Positions 9,069 to 18,938 of a stretch of 64,000 nucleotides of DNA are shown piece after piece; the stretch's first letter is position 1; each line of letters opens with the position of its first letter. Made by a program: the position numbers and the translations under genes. This stretch comes from Candidatus Aceula meridiana (lineage in GTDB: Bacteria; Omnitrophota; Gorgyraeia; Zapsychrales; Aceulaceae). Below the pieces are notes generated by a model. That model saw only the letters and a list, made by a program, of their open reading frames with translations. It had not been told where the DNA came from and searched no databases. The stretch covers positions 443,538 to 507,537 of the forward strand of contig JAVCDE010000024.1 of NCBI GenBank assembly GCA_030765185.1, in the 5' to 3' direction.

Positions 9069-10373
9069 CTATATAAAATTAATATGTTCAGGGGGATTTT
9101 TAATGTCCCACAAGAATTTATTGATGTAGTCCTGACGGCATCCTACTGTGCAGTCACAATGAACATCAATGTTTTCAGCAATGTCCTTGTGAACTTTCCA
9201 ATATTTTGCACTCTGGACAATACCATAATAAGACTTTTTATGAATGTCGCCCATGCAAAAACGTTCTTTTCCGAAAAAAGGGCCGCACGGATAAACTTTT
9301 CCATTGCCGCTGACCTGGCCTAAAAATGGCGTGCCATAGCAAATGTCATACTTGCGAAAACCATTTTTATAAAGCTGTGTTTCCTCGTTAATGTTAATTT
9401 TGCTCCACTTTACCCGCACGAGATAAGAATCATTGCTGTATTTTTCTGCTTTTTTAAGAATGCCTTGAGCCTTTTTGTATGCCGCATGATCAACGCCAAT
9501 CTCGCCATACTCAGTGTCTGAACATTGTTTAATCTGAAAATAGTCGACCCCGAGCTTTACTCCAAGCTTTGCTAATTTAAGAACCTGATCAAAATTCTCA
9601 GGCAACAAAATCATCTGGATTCCCAGCGTGCATTTATAATTATTTTCTTTCTTAATTTTAGCAAAATTTCTTATTTTATCGATAAGCACATCAAAGCTTT
9701 TCTCACTCACTTGATGAATCCTCGCAAAACCTTTTTTGTCTCCAGCGCTTAAATTAAAACGAATAAACGTCGCATTTTTCAAAAGATCATGAGCCCGGTC
9801 CATTCTCAAAAGAAGACCATTCGTAGCAATGCCAACATCAATATTTCTTTTTTTAGCGCGCACCACAGCATCATACATCGCTGGGTTTAGGGTAGGCTCG
9901 CCGTCTCCGATAAAAGCAATGCTCCGCACTTTCAGTCGTCCGCAATCATCAATAAACCGCATCAAAGCATCTCTTTTGATAAGCGCCCCTTTAACCATTC
10001 CTTGCGCAACGCCCATGCAATAAACGCACCCCATGTTACAAAATTTTGTAAGCCCCATATCAATATGGATAGGAGCAATCCGCTTGTTCCTTTGCCAGTC
10101 AAGAACACGATCCAAATGATGCAAAAGCTTATGTCCATCTAACCGAAAACGCTCACTTTTGTTTTTAAAAGTATGTCCAGTATATTGATTAGGCTTCTTT
10201 TTACCTAAAGAAATTTTTTGAGACTTATCGGGACTCTTTCCCAGAAGAGACCGGTCGACCACTTCTTTTCCTGTTCGAAGCGCATGCCCTCCATGTAAAG
10301 TCGTCTTCAAGCTTTTTACAACTTGAATCTTTTGCGATGTTACCGTCTTTTTCTTGCTTGTTCTTTTTTTCAT
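9069..10373 (-). CDS. Radical SAM/SPASM protein with Lys-rich N-terminal extension
   Basis: CNMGCVYC, GDGEPTL; C-terminal CYGTPF...GKVYPC...CTVGC. Confidence 0.9.
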   Translation of the reverse strand: MKKRTSKKKTVTSQKIQVVKSLKTTLHGGHALRTGKEVVDRSLLGKSPDKSQKISLGKKKPNQYTGHTFKNKSERFRLDGHKLLHHLDRVLDWQRNKRIAPIHIDMGLTKFCNMGCVYCMGVAQGMVKGALIKRDALMRFIDDCGRLKVRSIAFIGDGEPTLNPAMYDAVVRAKKRNIDVGIATNGLLLRMDRAHDLLKNATFIRFNLSAGDKKGFARIHQVSEKSFDVLIDKIRNFAKIKKENNYKCTLGIQMILLPENFDQVLKLAKLGVKLGVDYFQIKQCSDTEYGEIGVDHAAYKKAQGILKKAEKYSNDSYLVRVKWSKININEETQLYKNGFRKYDICYGTPFLGQVSGNGKVYPCGPFFGKERFCMGDIHKKSYYGIVQSAKYWKVHKDIAENIDVHCDCTVGCRQDYINKFLWDIKNPPEHINFI

Positions 10374-10377
10374 AGCG

Positions 10378-10866
10378 CTACACTCTTAAATAGCCGGGTT
10401 CTCGGCTTTTCATCCATTGCTTTACCATCTTAGAAAAATTGGGCTTGCCCTTATAGGGATCATAAACCTTTAGCCCCACGATCTTCATCAAAGCCTTATC
10501 ATCTTTTCCACAGCAATGAGATATCCCCAAGAATCGAAAATAATTATCAACACCTGTTGCAATAAATTTAACATTTAAATTCTGATTAACAACATCATTG
10601 CGTATCTGCTCTAAAGCACGAAAGGCTAAAAAATTTACAATCGAATAAACAACCGGAATCAGTCCTGACGCGGCCATCCCGGAGGCAATCCCCACAGTCG
10701 CCTGCTCCATCATCCCAAAATTAAAAATACGCTCTGGAAATTCTTTTTTAAAATCATCAACAACGCCAAAGCCCATATCGCAAACCAAAAGGACAATACG
10801 GCTATCTTTTCTTGCCCAAGCCAACAGTTCACGTCCTATTGCTTTTCTATAATCTTTATCCTTCAC
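10378..10866 (-). CDS. Transketolase-like pyrimidine-binding subunit (short, lacks C-terminal domain)
   Basis: FNFGMMEQATVGIASGMA, RALEQIRND; ends at PGYLRV*. Confidence 0.85.
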   Translation of the reverse strand: MKDKDYRKAIGRELLAWARKDSRIVLLVCDMGFGVVDDFKKEFPERIFNFGMMEQATVGIASGMAASGLIPVVYSIVNFLAFRALEQIRNDVVNQNLNVKFIATGVDNYFRFLGISHCCGKDDKALMKIVGLKVYDPYKGKPNFSKMVKQWMKSREPGYLRV

Positions 10867-11716
10867 AACAATTTCCCATTTCTAATTCTTTTTGAGTAGG
10901 AACACGAAAATGAAATTTAGGAACATTTTCCATACACTTAAGCCCATGCCCTTTTATTGTTTTTGAAATAAGTACGCGAGGTGTTTTTGCCTTACCCATA
11001 TTTTTACGCCATTGTTTAAAAATAGAAGTCATTTCACTTAAGCTATGCCCGCTGCATGTCTTAACCTCAAGCCCAAACCCTTTTATTTTCTGCTGTAAAT
11101 CATTCTTTCTTCCTTTAAGAGTCAAAACATTTTCTAAGAAATCCATAGCCTGCAGACGGTTATGATCAACAATAATTGTTAAATTTGTCAGGCCGAATTT
11201 AGCTGCCGCCTGAATCGCCTCCCAGTTGCTCCCTTCCTGCATCTCTCCATCTCCGACAATGCAGTAAACATGATATTTCTTTTTCTGCAGCTTAGCCCCA
11301 AAAGCGATTCCCACCGCTTGAGGAAGCCCATGTCCCAAAGAGCCGCAACTCATCTCAAGCCCACGCGAAAGATCGCGCTCAACGCAGCCAGTCAAAGAAC
11401 TTTTTTTATAAAAAGATTTCCATTCTTTTTGAGAAATATACCCAAAATCAGAAAGAATCGCATAAAGCCCATAACACCCATGGGCTTTTGAAAAAACCAG
11501 TCGGTCGCGCCCTTCCCATGTCGGATCAGAGCTCAAGCTCATGACCTGATAATAAAGCGCAACAAGAATATCCACGCAAGATAAAGATGGCGCAATATGC
11601 CCTGCTTTATTCTGAATACAAACTCGCAAAAGATCCCGGCGAACAAAATCAGCCTTTTTCTTCGCTGCTTGAACAGATAACTTCTTTAATCTTTCATTTT
11701 TTATCTTTATTCCCAT
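10856..11716 (-). CDS. Transketolase-like ThDP-binding N-terminal subunit
   Basis: GHIAPSLS, RDRLVFSKAH, GSLGHG, GDGEMQEGSNWEA. Start reassigned to ATG 11716 to avoid overlapping the upstream gene. Confidence 0.9.
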   Translation of the reverse strand: MGIKIKNERLKKLSVQAAKKKADFVRRDLLRVCIQNKAGHIAPSLSCVDILVALYYQVMSLSSDPTWEGRDRLVFSKAHGCYGLYAILSDFGYISQKEWKSFYKKSSLTGCVERDLSRGLEMSCGSLGHGLPQAVGIAFGAKLQKKKYHVYCIVGDGEMQEGSNWEAIQAAAKFGLTNLTIIVDHNRLQAMDFLENVLTLKGRKNDLQQKIKGFGLEVKTCSGHSLSEMTSIFKQWRKNMGKAKTPRVLISKTIKGHGLKCMENVPKFHFRVPTQKELEMGNCCEG

Positions 11717-11751
11717 CACGTGCCTTAAGTATTTAAAAAAATATTTAAAAC

Positions 11752-12819
11752 TTAAATAAAATTTACATGTGCAGACGAATTTTTTAAATCCCACAAATAT
11801 CGGTTAACCTCATCCATGCGGCAATTCACACGGCAGCAAGAAACATCCATTTCTGATTGCACCCACTCAAGAGACTTTTTCCTTTTATCACTTTTCCAAA
11901 TCTTTTCAAATGCCTCTTCATAAATGTTCCCATAATGAAACTTTTCATCACCCAAATAAACACTACACCCCCAGACGTTACCGCCTGCATCAAGATAAGA
12001 CCAAAACGGCAAAGCCAAACAATGCTTATAATCACGCGCTGCCTCATCCCATTTTTTCATTGCCTTCAGACGAAAAATAACAGAAAAAGACTCTGAATTA
12101 AATTGTTGTAACTCATCGCTCAATTTTTCATATTCTTGATACTTGATGTCTTTGTACTCTTTCGTAATGCTTTGAGGATGCTGAGAATACGGCTTAACAA
12201 CAAAATAATCCATTCCAATTTCTCTTGCTAATTTAGCTAGAGAAATCGCTTCTTGCGCATTCTCCGGTAAAAGAACCATCTGCATGCCAAGGGTACAATC
12301 ATATTTTTTGTTTTTACGAATCTCAGCAGCATTACACGCATTCTCAATAACTTTATCAAAATCTTCCTGAGGACATCGATGAATCTTTGCATATGTTTGC
12401 GCCGTTGCCCCATCGATGCCTATTTTAATCCATTTCAAAGAAAAAAGTAGATTTTCTACTTTTTCTTTCTTTAGCAAGACCCCATTTGTTGTTATCGCCG
12501 CATCAATACCACAGTTCTTTGTATGCTTAATAATTTCAACAATATCCTTATGAAGAAGAGGTTCCCCTTCACCAGCGTACATAATACTCTTAAGACCCAA
12601 CTGACCCAACTCTGCTAAACGCTCCATCAAAATATCTTTATCAAGAAAACGCGGTTGATACTTCATGAAGTCAAGCCCGCAATAAATACAACGATGATTG
12701 CACGCGCCCGTAGGGCTTATTTCCATATAAATAGGAGAAATATTCTCACCTTTAAGCCAATCATTGACTCTAGGAATGTGGTACATAAGCTTATGAGAAT
12801 CTATTTTGTACTTATCCAT
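11752..12819 (-). CDS. Radical SAM/SPASM protein (paralog of 9069-10373)
   Basis: CNHRCIYC, GEGEPLL, SPASM cysteines; shares D.HKL..H N-terminal and H.NFI C-terminal motifs with its paralog. Confidence 0.9.
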   Translation of the reverse strand: MDKYKIDSHKLMYHIPRVNDWLKGENISPIYMEISPTGACNHRCIYCGLDFMKYQPRFLDKDILMERLAELGQLGLKSIMYAGEGEPLLHKDIVEIIKHTKNCGIDAAITTNGVLLKKEKVENLLFSLKWIKIGIDGATAQTYAKIHRCPQEDFDKVIENACNAAEIRKNKKYDCTLGMQMVLLPENAQEAISLAKLAREIGMDYFVVKPYSQHPQSITKEYKDIKYQEYEKLSDELQQFNSESFSVIFRLKAMKKWDEAARDYKHCLALPFWSYLDAGGNVWGCSVYLGDEKFHYGNIYEEAFEKIWKSDKRKKSLEWVQSEMDVSCCRVNCRMDEVNRYLWDLKNSSAHVNFI

Positions 12820-12877
12820 TTTTTCCTTATTTTATTAATAAGACTACCACAAGACTCAGCATAACAATTTTCCAAAT

Positions 12878-13810
12878 TTACCTACGCCCCTCCAAATTTC
12901 GAACCTTCGTAGCCACCTCTAAAGGAGAAATTTCTTCCATGCAAAACTTCTTATTCTTACAAATTGGCAAATAGCACGGTCGATAACAGCATCTCAGTCT
13001 TGACGGCAAAATAGAAATATTTGGTATCCCCCTCATGCGCTTGTGATTTGTAGGACCAAACAAAGTAAGCACTTTCTTCCCAAGCGCCTGGGCAATAAGC
13101 TGGCCTAAAGAATCAGAAGTAACAATCATATTGCAACTATCAATCCAGTTAATATACTGACGAATATTTTTATGTCCCTTTTGCCAACTAACCGTAAAAT
13201 CAGACCTTAAAGACTTCTCGAGGCTTTTCCATTTCTTCAAAGGCCAGCCCTTAGTCGGCCACTTTGTTCCAACTGAATAATTAAATCCGATATCATAAAT
13301 GGGCTTCCTTTTTCCCTTTCGGGTCAAAATCATTCCTTGTCCATTCCACTTTTTTCCAACAGCTTGATAAAGAAGCTCAGCGGTGTTGCAATTAATAAAT
13401 CGATGATTTTCTTGGCCGGCAAGAAGATAGCGGGTGGCCTGTCGACAAGTTGCGATATCATGTATCTTTTCGTTAAAATAAAATCCAAATTTCTTTTTTG
13501 CCTTAACTTGCTTTAAAAATGCACAAATACCAATATCTTTTTCTAAATTAATAAAAATGTCGTAATGACTGCACGTAATCTTACGAAACGTCTGGCTTCC
13601 AAAGATAAGAAGCTTATGAATGAAGGGATTGTCTTTGAAAAGCCCCTTAGCCGCAGAAGATGTGACCCACGTGACATGGTCATTTTTATAAAGATGTAGC
13701 AGGGTCGTACAAAAAAGGACATCTCCTAAGCTTACTGTTGTGGAGATACCACGGTCTAAGAATTCAGAAAATCCCGTTTTGATAATAAGTATTTTTCTTT
13801 TCTTCTTCAT
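12878..13810 (-). CDS. Glycosyltransferase family 9 (heptosyltransferase-like)
   Basis: SLGDVL, TKGWP, TSDSLGQLIAQALG, LFGPT, C.PC...C motif. Confidence 0.85.
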   Translation of the reverse strand: MKKKRKILIIKTGFSEFLDRGISTTVSLGDVLFCTTLLHLYKNDHVTWVTSSAAKGLFKDNPFIHKLLIFGSQTFRKITCSHYDIFINLEKDIGICAFLKQVKAKKKFGFYFNEKIHDIATCRQATRYLLAGQENHRFINCNTAELLYQAVGKKWNGQGMILTRKGKRKPIYDIGFNYSVGTKWPTKGWPLKKWKSLEKSLRSDFTVSWQKGHKNIRQYINWIDSCNMIVTSDSLGQLIAQALGKKVLTLFGPTNHKRMRGIPNISILPSRLRCCYRPCYLPICKNKKFCMEEISPLEVATKVRNLEGRR

Positions 13811-13811
13811 G

Positions 13812-14711
13812 TTATTCAAACAAAATATCGGTTGAACAAAAGCCATCCTGCTGAAGATGGTTAGTTTTTACTTTTATGTCACATGGGCTGCAAGTCCCAT
13901 AACGAGAACAATCCCTATGCACGTACTCGATTTTTAAACTTGGGTCTAAAAGATTACCAATGGCCACTTCTTTTCTATTGGAATAAAGGTCTGCATGACA
14001 TCGGTAAACAGTCCCATCAGGTGCAATAGGCAAGACCATATTGCGACATTTAACTTTTTTTCCTGTCGCCTTGCCTATGCAAGCATCAGAATATTTATAG
14101 TGGCCATAAATTTTACCATCCCATTCGCCTAGAAATGTCTTTGTGCGAAACTCAACACCTTTTTCTTTGGCGTATTCTCTTATTTCTTCGACGAGATTGG
14201 GATAAGCCGGATGTTCAATGTGAAAAAGCCCAATACTTAAAATTTTCTGAAATTCTGCAATACGGTCAATTAGCTGTCGGTAATCATTCTGTCCATGATG
14301 ATAACTTACGCGAATTGTAGGATACGGCGCATCACGTTTATTCCAATCAAGCGTTTTTAGTGATTGGAAATGTTTTGGCGTAAGGTTTGGTGGTAAGGCT
14401 GTAAGGATATCGACCTTGTGTTGAATGTTCTCCAGAAGATCCCAAATACCTTTATATAAAAAAGGCTCTCCTCCTTGAAATGTCAGAGGAACGCCGTTAG
14501 GAAGTTTTAGCCGATTGAGCGCCGCAATCCATTGCGAAGAACCCACTTCTTCACCCTGCTTTATATTAATATATTTATTATTATAATTTGTTATACAGTA
14601 TTCGCAAGAAAGAAAACACCGATTTGTTAGGTAGACTCCAATGTAGTCTGTGTCTACAGGAAGGTCGACTTGAGGCAAAATTACGCTTGAAAGGTTCTTT
14701 TCTTCAGCCAT
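13812..14711 (-). CDS. Radical SAM protein with SPASM/twitch domain
   Basis: CFLSCEYC, GGEPFL, C...IAPDGTVYRC...C....C.PC. Confidence 0.85.
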   Translation of the reverse strand: MAEEKNLSSVILPQVDLPVDTDYIGVYLTNRCFLSCEYCITNYNNKYINIKQGEEVGSSQWIAALNRLKLPNGVPLTFQGGEPFLYKGIWDLLENIQHKVDILTALPPNLTPKHFQSLKTLDWNKRDAPYPTIRVSYHHGQNDYRQLIDRIAEFQKILSIGLFHIEHPAYPNLVEEIREYAKEKGVEFRTKTFLGEWDGKIYGHYKYSDACIGKATGKKVKCRNMVLPIAPDGTVYRCHADLYSNRKEVAIGNLLDPSLKIEYVHRDCSRYGTCSPCDIKVKTNHLQQDGFCSTDILFE

Positions 14712-14901
14712 TGTTTTGATTTTGAGTATCCCTCATTATACAAAAAACCCAAATCTTTTCAACAAATATCACCTTCCGTAACAAATCCAAGCATCCTTGG
14801 CGCAAGGACTGAATTTATGAAAAATATTATTATTTCGATAAAAATCTCTTATGATATATAATAATGCTTAATTAAATTCCTCTTTAAAAAATAAAGAAAT
14901 A

Positions 14902-16698
14902 ATGAATCCGTCACAAAAACAAAAAATATTCTATTTCGCGATTATTCTTATCGTTAATTTGATTATTTTCCTTCCTTCGTTCTCTCAAATCGCGCGGCAC
15001 GACCATCTTCACTATATTGCTAACCGGACAGGGGAAGAAAGCTGGTTTTCTTTGGCCGTGCAAAACTCCTTAACATATAATAGAAAACACTACGCCTTCG
15101 CCGAACGCGACCCCCTCTTGTTTCGTCCGCTTTTTTACTTTGTCTTGGGAACAGAGCTATCTTTGTTTGAATACGATTTCCGTCTCTGGCAAATCACTGG
15201 ATTTCTCATGCACATGCTTGTCGCGTGGTCCTTGCTAAGCCTCCTGTTTCGAATTCGCTCAGGCCCGTTGGCTGGAATGTGGACCTTACTTTTTACAGTC
15301 ATGTACGGAAATGTCGAGATGGTTATCTGGCACAATATCAGCAGTTACATGATTTACGTTAGCTGCATCCTCACATGCTTTTATATTTTTTATGATGTCG
15401 ATGAGACCCGTACAATAACTACGCACAAATCCTGGCTTTTATTTCTACTATTTTTTATCAGCTGTTTTATTTATGAAGTCGGATTTTTAATGTCCTTTCT
15501 CTTTTTCGCGGCTTCCTATTTTATTACAACCACTCCACAACAAAAAAAATCCTTTGCCACTAAGTATTGGCGCTTCATGATTTTTTTTCCGGGGCTCTTC
15601 TATCTTTTGCTAAACCTTGTCGTGTTCTTCTCGAAAACTCAAGGCCTGGCAGAAACAAAACACATTGCCCATGCCTCCTTTTTCCAAATATTTAAAGCAA
15701 TCGGCATGAGCATTTACTGGTGGCTTTCAACAGGGCTTTTCCCTTGGCTCTTAAAGCCTGCCTTAGGCGAGAGAGTTATTTTTTATTACAATGGAGCTTT
15801 TTTAAACCCAAGATCTATTTTTCTCATTAATCATCCCACAGCAGCCTTAGGATTAATATCTCTTTTCGGCGCGGCCACATGCTTCTTTATTCTACTTAAA
15901 AAAGGATTAACAAAAAAATTTATTAAACAGAGGCTTCCGTTTCTCATATTAGTTCTAAGCGCTTGGGCTGTTCACCTTGTTGTCATTGTTGTTGGCCGTA
16001 GAATTTGGGCTGATCAACCGGCCCTTGCCAACAACAGTTACTACAACTATTTCTTCTGGTTTTATCTGATTGTCGCCTCTTATAGCCTTATTAATTTTAA
16101 AAAAAATGCTTGCTTCCATAAATTCTTAAATTCAAAAAATTTTTTGCTGGCCTTCTGCTTCTTGCTCATGTTTGTGAATGCGTCAAAAATCCTCACGCTA
16201 AACCGCCGTTATCAAAATGTTTTTCAAAAACGCTTATTAGTTTTAAATAAAGCCAGAAACCTTATCAAAACCCATCGCACCGAGGAAGGCTTTACCTTTA
16301 TCATTGATAAAAACTCTATAACCCCCATGCCGTTCTTGGAAAAAGAACCGCCCGTCCCAGGCGAACAACCCTATGCTTATACGCAAATGATTTATCCAAT
16401 GTTTTTTCAAAAAGAAAATCCTCGCTATATTATTTCTTTGACGCCGGAACAAATTCAGCAAGCTAACTTATCTTCCCTAGAAGCACGGGTTGAGAACTTT
16501 ATCGAGCCTCCAGTCTTGCGATGGGGTCAATCAGACTTAGATTCTTTTCTCCTGCTTGTTAACGCTTATATCGAAACCGGCGAAAAGGACAAGGCGCTTA
16601 GTCTTGTAAATAAAATTCTCAAATTCCACACCAACGATCACCAATTGGTAGAATTTGCTCTAACAATAAAAGAAAAAATAATTAAGCCAAGAAACTAA
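14902..16698 (+). CDS. Polytopic membrane protein, possible GT-C-fold glycosyltransferase
   Basis: Multiple TMs, FRPL motif in the first loop, TPR-like C-terminus; divergent from glycan cluster I. Confidence 0.6.
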   Translation: MNPSQKQKIFYFAIILIVNLIIFLPSFSQIARHDHLHYIANRTGEESWFSLAVQNSLTYNRKHYAFAERDPLLFRPLFYFVLGTELSLFEYDFRLWQITGFLMHMLVAWSLLSLLFRIRSGPLAGMWTLLFTVMYGNVEMVIWHNISSYMIYVSCILTCFYIFYDVDETRTITTHKSWLLFLLFFISCFIYEVGFLMSFLFFAASYFITTTPQQKKSFATKYWRFMIFFPGLFYLLLNLVVFFSKTQGLAETKHIAHASFFQIFKAIGMSIYWWLSTGLFPWLLKPALGERVIFYYNGAFLNPRSIFLINHPTAALGLISLFGAATCFFILLKKGLTKKFIKQRLPFLILVLSAWAVHLVVIVVGRRIWADQPALANNSYYNYFFWFYLIVASYSLINFKKNACFHKFLNSKNFLLAFCFLLMFVNASKILTLNRRYQNVFQKRLLVLNKARNLIKTHRTEEGFTFIIDKNSITPMPFLEKEPPVPGEQPYAYTQMIYPMFFQKENPRYIISLTPEQIQQANLSSLEARVENFIEPPVLRWGQSDLDSFLLLVNAYIETGEKDKALSLVNKILKFHTNDHQLVEFALTIKEKIIKPRN

Positions 16699-16734
16699 GA
16701 TTGTATTCTTTTAAGAAACGCTAAAATAAAACTC

Positions 16735-17549
16735 ATGAAATTTGCCGCTATTGTTAAAGACCAAATTCAAACAGACCGTTTTGTCATCCCCTATCGTATC
16801 TATGACAAAAATGGTCCTGATATTATCTGTCTTAATGGTGTGTTCAGCAGTCCATGGCTATGTGGCAGAGCTTTATCCGGCGATTTTCAGCTCACTACAG
16901 AATTGTCCTTTTTGATTTTCCGGGCCAAGGAAAAGGACGCGTCTTGTCCGGATCTTCTTCAGTATCGTTAGATGAAGAGGTTGAGATTCTTCATGAGGTT
17001 GCCAAGATTACCAAAGTCAAAGACACCTTCCTTTGCTCAGCTTCATGGGGCGGAGTCGTGGCTTTGGCGTTTGCGACAAAGTATCCTCATCTCATCAAGC
17101 GCCTTGTTTTAAGAAGCCTAGGCACAAAGCCCAATAAACGCATGGTTGAGACAATTAAATCCGGGACAAAAATCGATTCGGACAACCGTGAACAAATCGC
17201 CAAGACTTTAATTAATAGTTTTGGGGAAAATCTTCCTAGCCCAGTCAAGAGACGAATTGCCAGTCAGTTTATGGCAATGACCCCTGAACGCCTATCTGCT
17301 TTTTACGAACACGGTCTTTTGGTTATCGCTGCAAGAAATTTGCGGGACGTGGTAAATTTTAAAGAAATCCATACAGAAACGGTTTTACTAGCTGGAGAAA
17401 ACGACACTATCATCGACTTAGACGATGTCAAATATCTTGCCACTCAGCTACCTAATTGCAGCATTAAAATTATTAAAAATATCGGTCATTTTATGCATTT
17501 AGAAAGTGATGATGTTTTAGAAATTTATAACGAGGTTTTGTCACAATAA
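16735..17549 (+). pseudogene. Alpha/beta hydrolase with a frameshift near 16838-16843 (pseudogene or sequence error)
   Basis: Two overlapping ORFs. Removing 2 nt from GGTGTGTT gives CLNGVQQSMAMW. Motifs FDFPGQG, ASWGG and GHF follow. Confidence 0.7.
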
Positions 17550-17583
17550 CAATATCTTTCTAAAAACTTATTTTTATTAAAGA

Positions 17584-17622
17584 AAAGAGCCCGTTTCTCG
17601 AGAAAGGAGAAACGGGCTCTTT
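17584..17622. terminator. Bidirectional intrinsic terminator
   Basis: AAAGAGCCCGTTTCTC-loop-GAGAAACGGGCTCTTT between convergent genes. Confidence 0.85.
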
Positions 17623-17642
17623 AAAATTTCTAAAAACTTAGA

Positions 17643-18818
17643 CTACTTCTTCAAATTCAATACACGAACCTTGACAACACCCTTAATCCCATAAAGGGCT
17701 TTGATAATCTTTTCCGTTGGCTCGCTTGAGACATCAATCACATTGCAGGCGTAATCGCCTTTGCTTTTATTAAGCATTTCTGCGATATTAATATTAGCCT
17801 TAGCCAAAATCGAAGAAAACTGTCCGATTATATTGGGAACATTTTTATTCATAATCACAAGACGAAAATCAGAGCTTTGGTCTAGCTTGCAATTTGGATA
17901 ATTAACAGAATTCTTAATTTTTCCAGTCTCAATAAAATCCCTTAATTGCTTAGCAATCATAGACGCACAATTGCCTTCGGCTTCTGCCGTCGAGGCTCCA
18001 AGATGCGGAATTGCAATAACATTATGCATGTTTAAAAGTTCATCATCCGGAAAATCTGTAACATAACGCGCAACGATGCCTTGCTCAATAGCTACTTTTA
18101 AGTCATCATTGTTAACAATTCCACCGCGTGAAAAATTCAGAATTTTTGCTCCTTTTTTCATGCGTGCAAACTTTTCCGCATCAATCATTCCGCGAGTTGC
18201 ATCGGTTAGTGGTGCATGCAAAGAAATATAATCACTATTAGCAATTAAGGCATCAATGCCTTCAGCACGCTGCACTTCTCTGGATAAACCCCAAGCCGAT
18301 TCAACAGAAATAAACGGATCATATCCAATAACTTCCATTCCTAAGTCCAATGCACTGTTAGCAACCATCACGCCAATTTTTCCAAGGCCGACAACGCCCA
18401 ATGTTTTTCCGGCAATTTCGCCTCCGGCAAAATTCTTTTTGTTTTCTTCAACTAAAGCCGGTACATCAGCGCCTTTCCCTTTTAAAGTCTGCGCGAACGC
18501 GATACCGGCGGCAATATCTCGAGACGCTAAGAGTAAACTCGCGATCGCTAATTCTTTAACAGCATTCGCATTGGCCCCAGGCGTATTAAAAACAACAACA
18601 CCTTTTTCAGAGCATTTTTCAATTGGAATGTTATTGACTCCGGCACCGGCACGACCAACGGCCAATAAAGATGCAGGAAGTTCCATATCGTGCATTTTAA
18701 AGCTACGCAAAATAATCACATCCGGCTGCGTAATTTCAGTTCCAATTTCATATTGGTCTAGCGGAAATGCCGCTAGGCCGTCTTTTGCAATTTTGTTAAG
18801 TGTTTTAATTTTATACAT
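17643..18818 (-). CDS. serA: D-3-phosphoglycerate dehydrogenase with ACT domain
   Basis: RAGAGVNNI, GLGKIG, PHLGAST, C-terminal ACT; downstream of serC; GGAG SD before ATG 18818. Confidence 0.93.
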   Translation of the reverse strand: MYKIKTLNKIAKDGLAAFPLDQYEIGTEITQPDVIILRSFKMHDMELPASLLAVGRAGAGVNNIPIEKCSEKGVVVFNTPGANANAVKELAIASLLLASRDIAAGIAFAQTLKGKGADVPALVEENKKNFAGGEIAGKTLGVVGLGKIGVMVANSALDLGMEVIGYDPFISVESAWGLSREVQRAEGIDALIANSDYISLHAPLTDATRGMIDAEKFARMKKGAKILNFSRGGIVNNDDLKVAIEQGIVARYVTDFPDDELLNMHNVIAIPHLGASTAEAEGNCASMIAKQLRDFIETGKIKNSVNYPNCKLDQSSDFRLVIMNKNVPNIIGQFSSILAKANINIAEMLNKSKGDYACNVIDVSSEPTEKIIKALYGIKGVVKVRVLNLKK

Positions 18819-18869
18819 AATGATGGTCTCCAATTAAAAGATTTTAAATGTTTTATCCGTTTTCTTTTT

Positions 18870-18938
18870 TAAATGAGCCCCGCCCTGGCGGGGCGAATTT
18901 ACCCCAGGAGCGCTTCTTGAGCGACGCGGGGCCTCCTT
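18870..18938. repeat. Two-hairpin intergenic element, copy A
   Basis: TAAATGA-GCCCCGCC/GGCGGGGC-GAATTTA-CCCC..CGCT/AGCG..GGGG-CCTCCTT. Confidence 0.8.

Noticed and set aside
10378-11716. Transketolase pairs as pentose phosphate pathway tkt
   Set aside because: Both pairs are embedded in glycan clusters and one is truncated, so no tkt symbol was assigned.
14794-14817. Hairpin TCCTTG/CAAGGA followed by GAATTTA as a seventh repeat copy
   Set aside because: It lacks the AAATGA 5' junction and the second stem; at most a decayed copy.
18256-18837. 193-aa plus-strand ORF and similar long antisense ORFs (e.g. 43085-43684, 25420-25845, 47925-48320)
   Set aside because: Antisense shadows of well-supported genes, with no motifs or SD.
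18870-18938. Repeat family as hammerhead ribozyme, SECIS, attC or CRISPR repeat
   Set aside because: It lacks the CUGANGA/GAAA core. The AUGA/GA strand is antisense to the genes and no in-frame TGA selenoprotein was seen. There are no GTTRRRY ends or integrase, and copies are dispersed rather than arrayed.
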